Shown here: positions 29,469 to 38,789 of the stretch, piece after piece | Position numbering within the stretch: position 1 is the first letter of the stretch | How the letters are laid out: each line of letters starts with the position of its first letter | DNA from: Truepera sp. | Lineage (GTDB): Bacteria > Deinococcota > Deinococci > Deinococcales > Trueperaceae | Length of the DNA: 64,000 bases | Assembly: GCA_965218435.1 (NCBI GenBank) | Contig: CBDCKW010000009.1 | Span: forward strand, 1,536,001-1,600,000 | Reading direction: 5' to 3' | Translations under genes and position numbers: made by a program | The notes under the pieces: model-generated | Told to the model about the DNA's origin: nothing | The model's input: only the letters and a program-made list of their open reading frames with translations | Databases searched by the model: none

Positions 29469-29483
29469 GGAAGGTGCTGGCCT

Positions 29484-29732
29484 GTGTTAAACCCTAATTC
29501 ACCGAACGAACTGCTGAGCAGAATCACGGTTGACCCGGACGTCAGCCACGGCAAACCGAGCATCCGGGGGCTGCGTTACCCGGTCGAGCTGATCTTAGAA
29601 CTGCTCAGTAGTGGGATGAGCGTGGACGAGGTACTGGGAGACTACGACGACTTGGAGCGCGACGACATTCATGCGGCTCTCTTCTACGCCGCGAAACTCA
29701 CTCAGGTCAAAAGCATTCAAAAGATTGCGTGA
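29484..29732 (+). CDS. DUF433 antitoxin
   Basis: RITVDPDVSHGKPSIRGLR, LSSGMS, DIHAALFYA. Confidence 0.9.
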   Translation: MLNPNSPNELLSRITVDPDVSHGKPSIRGLRYPVELILELLSSGMSVDEVLGDYDDLERDDIHAALFYAAKLTQVKSIQKIA

Positions 29733-30085
29733 CGCGTTTTCTGGTGGACGCGCACTTGCCGCTTACCTTAGCTAAGGCAATGCGTGCAGTGGGGTTTGAC
29801 ACGCTTCACACTCGAGACTTGCCGCAAGCAAACGCTACGAAGGACAGCGAAATTAACGTCTTGTCTTTAGCAGAGCGGCGCGTGGTCGTAACTAAAGACG
29901 CCGACTTTGTGCAGTCGTTTACGCTCCAGGGTCGCCCCTACAAACTTCTGCTCGTCAGCACCGGCAACGTTCGTAACGCTGAGCTGTTTGGGCTGCTGAC
30001 CGACAGGCTCGAGCAGTTCGCCGAGCTATTCGAGACTCATAGCTATGTCGAGCTGGCCCGCGACGCCCTGATCATTCACGTTTAG
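29729..30085 (+). CDS. DUF5615 PIN-like toxin (VapC45 type)
   Basis: FLVDAHLP, KDSEI, VVVTKDADF, STGN; GTGA overlap with the DUF433 gene. Confidence 0.88.
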   Translation: MTRFLVDAHLPLTLAKAMRAVGFDTLHTRDLPQANATKDSEINVLSLAERRVVVTKDADFVQSFTLQGRPYKLLLVSTGNVRNAELFGLLTDRLEQFAELFETHSYVELARDALIIHV

Positions 30086-30211
30086 GGAAGGACCGAGCAG
30101 GTGGCGGCGGTGATACCGTCGGTGCTGGGTAAAGGGTATCTCGAAATGGGATGATTGGGTTACTCAAGAGCCAAGAAACCCGAAGCTGCGGCAGTTTTGC
30201 CTACTACTTAT

Positions 30212-31087
30212 CTATCTCTTTAACTGTGTGAGCGGTTTACCCGTTCTGACAGCCTCCACAACTTGCCGAATGGCTTCTACGACCACCTCGGGATTGTCAA
30301 GCTGGATGTAGTGAGAACTTCCTCTGACTTGTGTATGCAGGGTATTGCTTGAAAGCCTAGCATACTGCTCTTGCAAGCCCTTCCATACTTCTTTTTCGGC
30401 CCTATCAATGTTCTCATTATAGCCCGCCCAGATGTTTTCTTTAGTCCAGTCAATAGCCGCTTGGTCTAATAAACTTGTGTCTGCCGTCAGCACCACGACG
30501 GGTTTGTTGGTCAACGAACCGGGTTGCATATATTCTGTTTCGCCTTGTTTCGTAGCTGCAAGTAAGTCCCAATTCTCCGGAGATGTGTTATGCAGGTCGA
30601 AAGCATCGTTCAGTGCGGTAGGAAGCACTTTGCGAAATTCTCTCTCTTGATTGGGATGCGAGCCGTCAACAAACACCAAGCCCGCCACCTTCTGTGGATG
30701 CTGGTGCGCGTACATGTTGATGATAAGACCGCCGATGGAATGCCCTACGAGTACAAAAGGGCCATCCATAGAACTGTCTGCCAACAACGCTTCCAAATCG
30801 TTTACAATATCTTGAACTGTGCGTTGTCCCGGAGCAGGGTCACTCTCGCCTAGTCCAGCTCGGCTGTAAGCACAGACCTTGCTAAACGCTGCAATTTTGG
30901 GCTGAAGCTCTAGATTAGCCCACATACCAGCGTCATCGCCGAGCCCAGACTCGAGCACCACAGTCGGCTGACCTTCGCCACGACAAGTCACCGCAAGATT
31001 CCGGTTTCCTACATTTATCTATTCCATAGGTTGTACCAACAGGATGTGAAAAAGCAAAAAAATTGCGCTTTACCTAACATACTGCAT
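30212..31087 (-). pseudogene. Secreted alpha/beta hydrolase with two in-frame stops in the N-terminus
   Basis: GHSIGG elbow and SSHYIQ are intact. The in-frame upstream sequence reads MQYVR*SAIFLLFHILLVQPME*INVGNRNLAVTCRG. Confidence 0.7.
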
Positions 31088-31112
31088 TTTTTAAGATACC
31101 GCGTTATACGCT

Positions 31113-32023
31113 ACCCTAATTGCTAGTCGAGTTCGTGCAGGTTGGTGCAGAGGAGCGCGAACAAGGAGGCGTGGACTCTGATAAAGAAGCCTTGGTTGGT
31201 GCGCGCCCGTAAGCGTTGCACGCCCATGCTCTCTAGCTGAGAGTTCATGGTTTCTATACCCAGGCGGTAACGCTGCAAACCAAACGTTTCGGACAAAGTG
31301 TTTTGCTCTTTCATATTTTTACGTTTTGGGGTGACCAGCACCACGCCACACGCCTGTTGCAAACTCGCTTCATCAGGGGCGCTCAAGTAGGCTTTGTCTC
31401 CATAGAGCAAAGCTCCTTGAGGTAAGTCGTAGCTCAGTTCGTGCAGCGGGGTCAAGTCGTGGTAAGACGCTTCGACTAAGCTGTAACTCACCGGCACGCC
31501 CCAAGCATCGCAGATGAGGTGCAAACGCCAGCCAAAGAACTTCTCTTTTTTCGGCGCACAGTAGCCACAAAAGGCTTTACCCCTAACCTTCTTGCAACGC
31601 CTGGCTCGTACCCGCCTGCATACCGGCAGCGGGATGCTGTCAATGATAAAGATGGACTGCTGAGTAAAAAGCGGTGTGAGGACGTTGAGGATACTCTCGA
31701 GCCAAGCGGCGAGCGCGTGAACACGGCGGTTGTAGCGAGAAACACTTAAAGCACGGATGTAACCCAGCTTAATCAGCAGGCACAGGGCACGTTCTTGATG
31801 GTTGCCAAAGAATTTGGCGGCAACCACGGCGACAGTCAGAACTTCTGCGTCGCTGACTCTAGCCAGCTTGTGCGTCTGCTGCCCGGACCTTTCAAGGATG
31901 TCACTGATAATGCAATAAACGCTTACAATGAAGCTGTCGTCCATGTAGGGTGCCTCCAGAACTGATGTCTCACAACTCCAGTTTGGCGGAACACCCGCAT
32001 GGATGGCAACTAGCAATTAGGGT
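31113..32023 (-). mobile_element. IS982-family insertion sequence, 911 bp
   Basis: Perfect 15-bp terminal IRs ACCCTAATTGCTAGT (31113-31127, 32009-32023) and a 5-bp direct repeat ACGCT on both flanks. Confidence 0.93.
31123..31944 (-). CDS. IS982 DDE transposase
   Basis: SDAEVLT, IIDSIPLPVC, FFGWRLHL, YGDKAY, RLGIETMNSQL; GGAGG RBS before ATG 31944. Confidence 0.92.
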   Translation of the reverse strand: MDDSFIVSVYCIISDILERSGQQTHKLARVSDAEVLTVAVVAAKFFGNHQERALCLLIKLGYIRALSVSRYNRRVHALAAWLESILNVLTPLFTQQSIFIIDSIPLPVCRRVRARRCKKVRGKAFCGYCAPKKEKFFGWRLHLICDAWGVPVSYSLVEASYHDLTPLHELSYDLPQGALLYGDKAYLSAPDEASLQQACGVVLVTPKRKNMKEQNTLSETFGLQRYRLGIETMNSQLESMGVQRLRARTNQGFFIRVHASLFALLCTNLHELD

Positions 32024-32413
32024 ACGCTATGTATCAAGGAGATGCACGGGAATGCGTCCAGCACGCCGTAAAGAGACGGTTTTAGCCGTCTTTACTGCCC
32101 TGATAAAACGGCGAACGCCGATGACCACAGAGTGCCCACAGTATCGGCAACTAACTCAAACACACTGCGAAGGGCAAGCCGAGAAGCGACCAGTCGCCGG
32201 GGAGGAAAACCGTCAGCGCCAGCCCCAAGAGTGTGGTAAGGATAGCTCGAGTCATCTTCACCTACTCACCTCAGCCTGGTAAGCCGCACGTCGTCTACCA
32301 TTCCCGCCACGGGCGCACGCACTCACTGCCGGACTAAGAAACGGGGCGCTTACCGTAGGCTACAGCTGTCGGTTCAGCTGTTCAGCCGGAGCGCGGCGCG
32401 GTACGCTGCAAAG

Positions 32414-33058
32414 ATGCTCTCACGCGACCAGGCCAAACGGTACTATGACCGCTACGCCGCCAAACAAGACGGCGCGAGCTATGAAGATGGACCGCTCGAG
32501 ACGCTGCTGGGACACGCCGACTTCGGCGCGGCGCAAACTGTGTTCGAGCTGGGGTGTGGTACGGGCCGGTTCGCAGAGCAGGTGTTAAACGAGCTGCCAG
32601 AGAACGCGACCTATTCCGGCACCGATTTGAGCAGCAAGATGGTCGCGCTGACACAGACGCATTTAGCCCGCTTCGGTGACCGTGCGAAGGTCACCCAAAC
32701 CGACGGTTCGTTTCCTTGGCCTTTAGGAGCTAGGAGTATGGACCGCGTACTCAGCTGTTACGTGTTAGACCTCTTGCCGGACGATGAGATTACGGCGGTG
32801 CTGACCGAGGCGGCGAGGGTCCTCCGGCCCGGTGGCCGCCTCTGCTTGGCGAACCTGACAGATGGGACAACACCGGTGTCGAGCCTTAACATGTGGCGGT
32901 GGCGCGTGTTGTACCGGCTTAGTCCGCTCTGGGTCGGTGGGTGTCGGCCTCAAAACCTGGCGGGACGTTTAGACACGCGTACCTGGAAGCTGCTTCATCA
33001 CAAGACCGTCGTGTCTCGGCTGATGCCTTCGGAAATTATTGTGGCTGAGCGCATTTGA
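32414..33058 (+). CDS. Class I SAM-dependent methyltransferase
   Basis: FELGCGTG, DLSSKM, RVLRPGGRL. Confidence 0.9.
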   Translation: MLSRDQAKRYYDRYAAKQDGASYEDGPLETLLGHADFGAAQTVFELGCGTGRFAEQVLNELPENATYSGTDLSSKMVALTQTHLARFGDRAKVTQTDGSFPWPLGARSMDRVLSCYVLDLLPDDEITAVLTEAARVLRPGGRLCLANLTDGTTPVSSLNMWRWRVLYRLSPLWVGGCRPQNLAGRLDTRTWKLLHHKTVVSRLMPSEIIVAERI

Positions 33059-33125
33059 GCTGGGTTGACGTTTACTTTTATATTTCAGGTGAAGAGCAAA
33101 CGCCTTTTTCCGAACGACTGACTTC

Positions 33126-33235
33126 TAGAAGCCATCTCGAAAACCCTTTTTGGGAAGCCCAAAAGGGTTTGACCGAGCTAGGCGAGTAAGATCGAACGCT
33201 CGCAATCTGAAAAATAATCTTTGAGATAGGTTCTA
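33126..33235. mobile_element. Putative MITE (about 110 bp) with IS5-like ends
   Basis: Imperfect terminal IR TAGAAGCCATCTCGAA...TTTGAGATAGGTTCTA bounded by TA; internal hairpin aaaccctttttggg-aag-cccaaaagggttt. Confidence 0.55.
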
Positions 33236-33256
33236 TTTCTTTAACATCAACAGAGT

Positions 33257-33829
33257 CTAGCTATTTAGTTGTCGCCTCAGCCACCACCTTTTGAACCGGG
33301 GTACGAGCAGATAGACGAGCAGCGAAACGTCGAGCAGCAGCTCAGATACGCTGAACACGCCGCCGTAGTGCGCTGGGTCCCAGTAGCTGACGGGGCTCGA
33401 GAACCGCAGTGACCAGTTAAACGGGAATAAAAGGAGCGGCCCGTCGTTATGGTGCGTCAGGATGTCGAACGTGGTGTGCAGGGCGCAGCTCAGCAAAAAC
33501 CAGCGGAGCCAGCGTCTGCCGGGGTTCAGCCGTTTGGGGCCGAGCCAAGACAGACCGATACCCGCCGCCAAGACAAGGGGCGCGTGCAGCAGGTTGTGCG
33601 ACACGACCCAGAGCGGATTGGTGTAAAAGAGCCGGTCGTACATCAGTGCGCTCGCGTCGGCGAGAGGCATTCCGGCAACGAGCGGGTAGTACAAAAAGCC
33701 GCCGAGCGAGAGCAGATAGAGAGGCAAATCGGGCGCGACCGAGCCCCACAAGACGGCTGAAAGCGGTACCGTCCAAAACGCACGTTTGCGGAGCGCCGCG
33801 GTGATGATGGCGTGGGAGGGCGTGTTCAT
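33257..33829 (-). CDS. Membrane-bound metal-dependent hydrolase-like protein (YdjM-like)
   Basis: MNTPSH, GSVAPD, LH, HTTFDILTHHNDG, FPF; start at ATG 33829. Confidence 0.7.
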   Translation of the reverse strand: MNTPSHAIITAALRKRAFWTVPLSAVLWGSVAPDLPLYLLSLGGFLYYPLVAGMPLADASALMYDRLFYTNPLWVVSHNLLHAPLVLAAGIGLSWLGPKRLNPGRRWLRWFLLSCALHTTFDILTHHNDGPLLLFPFNWSLRFSSPVSYWDPAHYGGVFSVSELLLDVSLLVYLLVPRFKRWWLRRQLNS

Positions 33830-33851
33830 CGCATTACCAGAAACCGTAGCA

Positions 33852-34691
33852 CTAAGCGGTCCGAACGGTCTCGAGGGTGCGCTCGAGTAGTAGTAAGAGC
33901 ACCACACCGGGGAGCGACGCCAACAGCGCCAACCCTGCCGCCACCGGGTCGAGCAGCCCACCGCCTGAAAGTTTAGCGAATAATAGGGTCGGCAACGTCT
34001 CAATCTGGCCACGGCCGACTAAAAAGGTCAGCAAGAACAGATTTGACGACACCAAAAAGACGAACAACCAGCCCGCCAACAGCCCTGGCAACAAGAGCGG
34101 CACCGTCACGAGCCAAAACGCCCAAAACGGCCCCGCGCCAAGCACTCGAGCTTGCGCTTCGTAGTCCGTTCCCAGTCCCTGAAACGACGCGGTAAGGACG
34201 CGCGTTAGATAGGGAATCGTCGGGATGAGATGCGCCAAAATGACGCCCAGATAGCTGCCGGTCAGCCCGAAGGTTGAAAACAGCAAGACCACGCCCAGCC
34301 CCACCGCGATTTCAGGGACGATCAGGGGCGTTAAGAGGACGAATTCGGCGGCGCTTTTGCCCGGAAAGCTGCGGGTGGCGAGGACTCTGGCCGCTGGTAG
34401 ACAGATCACCGTGCAGAGCAGCGTGACAAGCAGAGCAATCACGACGGTGTTGAGCAGCGCCCCGACCGCACCCGAAACGGGCGAAAAGATGTAATCCCAC
34501 CCGACCGGCAGCCGCGCGTCCCCCCTGGCCTGCCACCACCACGCACTCGGCAACAGGTCGGGCCACGACCAGCGAAACGCGACCGACGCAACGACTAAAG
34601 GAACGAAGGGACCCGCGAGCGCGAGCACAGCGAGCAGCAGGTACGTGCGTGAAAAAAAGCTGCGCCTTTTGGAGGTTCTAAAATCAGGCAC
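33852..34691 (-). CDS. ABC permease (PotC/YnjC-like)
   Basis: WSWPDLLP, YEAQARVLGA loop; GTG 34691 overlaps the upstream TAG. Confidence 0.85.
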   Translation of the reverse strand: MPDFRTSKRRSFFSRTYLLLAVLALAGPFVPLVVASVAFRWSWPDLLPSAWWWQARGDARLPVGWDYIFSPVSGAVGALLNTVVIALLVTLLCTVICLPAARVLATRSFPGKSAAEFVLLTPLIVPEIAVGLGVVLLFSTFGLTGSYLGVILAHLIPTIPYLTRVLTASFQGLGTDYEAQARVLGAGPFWAFWLVTVPLLLPGLLAGWLFVFLVSSNLFLLTFLVGRGQIETLPTLLFAKLSGGGLLDPVAAGLALLASLPGVVLLLLLERTLETVRTA

Positions 34692-35584
34692 TAGACCCGC
34701 CCCCAACGACGCTCGAGCCCCCGGTATAGCAGCAGATACCCGAGCAGCAGCACGCTGAGGAGCGCACATACGACGACCACAATTGCCGCGCCGTAAAGCC
34801 GCCGCTCGACATCCGCGTCGCTAAATGCCCGCCACGCCGCGACCGGCAGCGTGTTGGGTTCGCCGCCTAAAATCAGCGGCACCTCGAACGCGCCGAAGTT
34901 AAAGGCAAAGACGATCAAGGTCGCCGAGACAATCCCAGGGACGAGGCGCGGGAGCGTCACGAGCCAGAAGACCTGCCGGGGCTTTGCCCCCAACAGGGCC
35001 GCTGCCGCCTCGAGATTGGGGCCTTGACCCGCTAAGACGGAAGTCAGGAGCAGCGTCTGAAACGGCACCTGTTTCCACAAGTACACCAGCATCACCCCGA
35101 TACCGCCGGTCGTATGTAAGAGCCGGGGAAAGTCGTTGGTGGTGTGGATCACGCCGAGTGCGAAGAGCAGCCGAGCGATCAAGCCACCGTTTGACCAGAC
35201 GAGCAGCGTCAGGGCGACGCCGACCAGATACGGCACCATCAGCGGCAGTTTGTACACGACACTGACGAGCCGGTACCCACGCATCTTTGGCAGATGCGGA
35301 CGCAGAAGTAACGCCAGATAGACGCTTAAAACGGTGCCGAGCACGGTCGGCACAAAGGCGTAGCGGAGGGTGAGCGCGAGCGACGCCCAAAAGTCCGGCG
35401 CAGCCCACGCCGCCCGGTAGTAGCGGAGCGTCGGAAAAGTGTTGACGCCGTAAAGGGGCGCGTAGCCGAAGCTCTGTAAGGAGACGGTCACGAGCGCCCC
35501 TAGATAGAGGACGCCTAAGACCAAAAGCGGGGGCGAGAGCTGCAACAGTGTGCTGAGCCAGCGCCGTCGCCGTCTCGGTGACAC
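34691..35584 (-). CDS. ABC permease (PotB/YnjC-like)
   Basis: WKQVPF, LEAAAALLGA, FGAFEVP. Confidence 0.85.
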   Translation of the reverse strand: MSPRRRRRWLSTLLQLSPPLLVLGVLYLGALVTVSLQSFGYAPLYGVNTFPTLRYYRAAWAAPDFWASLALTLRYAFVPTVLGTVLSVYLALLLRPHLPKMRGYRLVSVVYKLPLMVPYLVGVALTLLVWSNGGLIARLLFALGVIHTTNDFPRLLHTTGGIGVMLVYLWKQVPFQTLLLTSVLAGQGPNLEAAAALLGAKPRQVFWLVTLPRLVPGIVSATLIVFAFNFGAFEVPLILGGEPNTLPVAAWRAFSDADVERRLYGAAIVVVVCALLSVLLLGYLLLYRGLERRWGRV

Positions 35585-35604
35585 TTCGGTGTGCAGCTCA
35601 GAAG

Positions 35605-36957
35605 TCAGGGGCGGGCCTCAAACGCTGACGCGACGATCGCTTCAAAGGGTCGCTGCGAATCTTGCGCAATGTACTCGAGCCACACGCTTTGGATCAGATC
35701 AACCAGAGAAGCGTTGGTGTCAGGCACTTCAAACTGCGCCAGTTCGTCGAAGGTGACGCCGCGCAGGTCGGGGGCGGCGGCCTCGACTGCGGCCTGCTGC
35801 GTTTTATCCAAGAGTGGGATGTCTACACCGGGAAAGTAGCCGAGGGCCGCGAGTTGGTCGGCTTGGCTCTGAGGGCTCGAGAGTGCGTTCGCCAGTACCA
35901 GAGCCGCAGCCGGATGCGGCGCTGTTGAAGGAATCGCCAGGTAGCTTTTATTTGCCAGCATCCCGGACTCCGGGAAGATGACGTTTTCGACCGTTTCCGG
36001 GTACGTGCCGTTTTGGACGCCGACGGCGGCAGTAAACGCGCCCATCTGACAGAGCATGTCCACCTCACCGTTGACCAAAAAGGCTTCGTTGGCGGCTTGC
36101 GTTTCGGGATAGATGGGTTGACCCTGAGCGCCGCCAAGCAGGAGAGGCTCCAACCGTTTGAGATAGTCAAACCCCGGTTTTGTCAGGCGAGCGAATTCGG
36201 CAGGCGTGAAGGTGTCCGCCGCACGCAAGAACGGGTCGGCCCCGGTATCTTTGTCGGTGGCATCCGGGTTAAAGGCGTACAACACGCTCTGCACGAAGGT
36301 GTTGCCGATGTAGTTGGGTGGGCGCACGTAGGTAAAGCGGCCGGGGTTTTCGGTCAGAAAGGTCTCGAGTTCGGCGTAGGTGCGGGGCGCGTCGCCTCGC
36401 TCGAGCCTCGCCGTATCTACCAGACAGGTGTACTGAAACTTCGCCCACGGCACCTCTTGGAGCCGGGTCGGGTAGCCGTTATCGTTGAGGTTAATCCGAG
36501 CTTTGGGATCATTTTTGTCCAGATAAAAATACTTCGCGTTCGGCAGCTCAGCGGTAAACGGCCCAAAGAGCAGCGCCTGCTGGTCCAAGGTAAAAAAGTT
36601 TTCGCCGTTGATCCACACGAGGTCGGCGCTGCCCGCCCCGAGACCACGCCCGGCCGCCGCGTCCGCGATAATCTGGTCTACAGCGTCGCGGGTGTCGGGG
36701 ACACGCAGCGAGCTTAAACTCAGGCCGAGCTTGTTCAGCTCAGGTTTGACGGCTGTGTCTACCCAAAAGTTGAGTTCTTCAGAGCCGCCCCAGTACGCCC
36801 AGACGACCTCGCCTTCGGTTTGCGCCCTCGAGACCACTTCGTCCCACGGCACCTCACCCGCCAGAAACGCTTTTTGAAACGCGGCTGGGGCGTCGGGGGT
36901 CTGCGCGAACGCAGAGCTGAACAGGACAACGATAAGTATGAGTAGATAGCGAATCAT
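35605..36957 (-). CDS. ABC substrate-binding protein, YnjB-like
   Basis: Signal peptide, YWGGS, DLVWINGENF, EVPW, NPGRFTYVRPP, YLAIP, AALVLANAL. Confidence 0.85.
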   Translation of the reverse strand: MIRYLLILIVVLFSSAFAQTPDAPAAFQKAFLAGEVPWDEVVSRAQTEGEVVWAYWGGSEELNFWVDTAVKPELNKLGLSLSSLRVPDTRDAVDQIIADAAAGRGLGAGSADLVWINGENFFTLDQQALLFGPFTAELPNAKYFYLDKNDPKARINLNDNGYPTRLQEVPWAKFQYTCLVDTARLERGDAPRTYAELETFLTENPGRFTYVRPPNYIGNTFVQSVLYAFNPDATDKDTGADPFLRAADTFTPAEFARLTKPGFDYLKRLEPLLLGGAQGQPIYPETQAANEAFLVNGEVDMLCQMGAFTAAVGVQNGTYPETVENVIFPESGMLANKSYLAIPSTAPHPAAALVLANALSSPQSQADQLAALGYFPGVDIPLLDKTQQAAVEAAAPDLRGVTFDELAQFEVPDTNASLVDLIQSVWLEYIAQDSQRPFEAIVASAFEARP

Positions 36958-36980
36958 AAGAAACTCCTTTGTAGGTGGTT

Positions 36981-38060
36981 TCATTTGGGGAATACCACCA
37001 GATGTTCAGCGGGCAGGGTCAGGCGGACGGGCGTACCGGGCGAGAGAGCTTGCCGGGTACTGTAGACGCTAAAGGTCAGGTCGAGCTGGCTGATATGGAC
37101 GGCGTAACGCACCGACTCACCCTGATAGGTCGTCTGCGTAATCCGCCCAAGCAGCTTGTTAGGCGCGTCGTCCGTGTCCAGCTCAGGTTCAGCTTCCAAA
37201 CAGATATGTTCGGGCCGAATCGTCACGGTAGCAGCTTGGCCGTCTCTTTGGGCGACTTCGGTGCAGAGCCGCAAATACCCCGCCGCGTGGCGCAACACCG
37301 GTTTGCCGGAACACGCCTCGAGCCGACCCGAGATAAAATTCGACGCGCCCATAAAGCGGGCGACCGCCGGGGTTCTAGGGCGTTCAAAAATCTCTCGCGG
37401 CGAGCCGAACTGCTCGAGCCTCCCGCCAAACATCACCCCGATCACGTCCGAAAGCGCCAGCGCGACCTTTTGGTCGTGGGTTACAAACACCGTCGTGATC
37501 TCTAACCGGCGTTGCAAGTCACGAACCGTACTCCGCAACTCGTCACGCAAGTTGGCGTCCAAACTCGATAGGGGCTCGTCTAAAAGCAAAACGCGCGGTT
37601 CGGTCACGAGCGTCCGGGCGAGCGCGACGCGCTGCTGCTGGCCGCCGGAGAGTTGCGCAGGGAAACGAGCCTCGAGCCCCTCCAACGAGACGGCCTCTAG
37701 TGCCGCCCCGATCCGCCTTTTGAGTTCAGCGCCCCGTACCCCACGCAGCCGCAGACCGAAGCCCACGTTGCCGCGCACTGTAAGGTGAGGAAACAAGGTC
37801 GGTTGCTGGAAGACCATCCCGAGCCCGCGTCTTTCGGGCGGTAATCCCAACACCGACGCGCCGTTAAAGCGCACGTCGCCCTCATCGGGTTGCAGCAGCC
37901 CTGCAATCAGTTTTAAGGTCGTCGTTTTGCCGCACCCCGACGGCCCCAACAGCGTCAGAAGTTGGCCACGGGGTAGCGTCAGCGACAAGCCGTCTACAAC
38001 CAGCGCGTCACCGTAGCGTTTGCTGAGGTTTTCCAAACTGAGGCTGGCGGCAGTCGTCAT
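36981..38060 (-). CDS. ABC ATP-binding protein (PotA/YnjD-like) with TOBE domain
   Basis: GPSGCGKT, LSGGQQQR, LLLDEP, FVTHD. Confidence 0.93.
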   Translation of the reverse strand: MTTAASLSLENLSKRYGDALVVDGLSLTLPRGQLLTLLGPSGCGKTTTLKLIAGLLQPDEGDVRFNGASVLGLPPERRGLGMVFQQPTLFPHLTVRGNVGFGLRLRGVRGAELKRRIGAALEAVSLEGLEARFPAQLSGGQQQRVALARTLVTEPRVLLLDEPLSSLDANLRDELRSTVRDLQRRLEITTVFVTHDQKVALALSDVIGVMFGGRLEQFGSPREIFERPRTPAVARFMGASNFISGRLEACSGKPVLRHAAGYLRLCTEVAQRDGQAATVTIRPEHICLEAEPELDTDDAPNKLLGRITQTTYQGESVRYAVHISQLDLTFSVYSTRQALSPGTPVRLTLPAEHLVVFPK

Positions 38061-38072
38061 CAAAAGAACACG

Positions 38073-38681
38073 CTACCGTAGAGTACGCGCCGCCCACCAG
38101 AGCCGCTGTGAGACGGTCACGAGGACGAGCGCGGCGAACACGCTAAAGAGCAGCACGATTTGCCCCGGCCAGATGAGAAACACGCAGTACGCTACCACCG
38201 TCTCAGCCCCTTCAATCAGGCCGCTCGGCATAGTGATACTTGTCTTTTCACCCTGCGCCCCCGCCCCCTGCTGACGTTTTTCTAACAGCGCCGCCAGATA
38301 GAGCCACGACGCACTGTTGAGGTAGTACACCGCGAGCAGCAGCGCCACACTGAGATACGCGGCCGGGGACGGCGCGGCGGCGACGAGCGCGATAGGCAGC
38401 GCAGCGTAGATGACCGTATCGAGCAAGATGTCCAGGTAGCCACCGAAATCGCTCTGCCGCGCCTGAAACCGAGCGGCGCTCCCGTCTAACCCGTCGAGCA
38501 CGCGGTTAGCGAGCCATAACCCGAGGGCCAGGAGCGGTTCGTGTAACAGCACGGCCCCTACCGCCAGGACGCCGAACCCAAAAGCAACGAGCGTCAGGAG
38601 GATAGGGTGAATCCTCTGGGTCAGCCGGGCAGCCGGGACGAGCAACCGCTCTTTAGGGGGGCGCAAAACTTTGTCGAGCAC
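38073..38681 (-). CDS. CDP-alcohol phosphotransferase family protein, YnjF-like
   Basis: DG-x2-AR-x8-G-x3-D-x3-D signature (DGSAARFQARQSDFGGYLDILLD) and GLIEGAET. Confidence 0.88.
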   Translation of the reverse strand: MLDKVLRPPKERLLVPAARLTQRIHPILLTLVAFGFGVLAVGAVLLHEPLLALGLWLANRVLDGLDGSAARFQARQSDFGGYLDILLDTVIYAALPIALVAAAPSPAAYLSVALLLAVYYLNSASWLYLAALLEKRQQGAGAQGEKTSITMPSGLIEGAETVVAYCVFLIWPGQIVLLFSVFAALVLVTVSQRLWWAARTLR

Positions 38682-38789
38682 AGCGTCGTCTCCGGTGGCG
38701 TCTCCTGGGGTACAGGTCTAGGCGAAGTTGGGCGTTCAGGTCACGGAGCTAAGCGTTGCTAACGCAACTTAAGTCTAACCCAAGGTTTT

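Noticed and set aside
20309..31070. Amber recoding or readthrough as the explanation for in-frame TAG codons
   Set aside because: TAG is used as a normal stop by many genes here, the hydrolase also has an in-frame TAA, and no pyl or suppressor genes are seen.
32151..32255. 34-aa hydrophobic minus-strand ORF beside the IS (type I toxin?)
   Set aside because: No antisense RNA or terminator evidence; more likely a decayed membrane-gene fragment.
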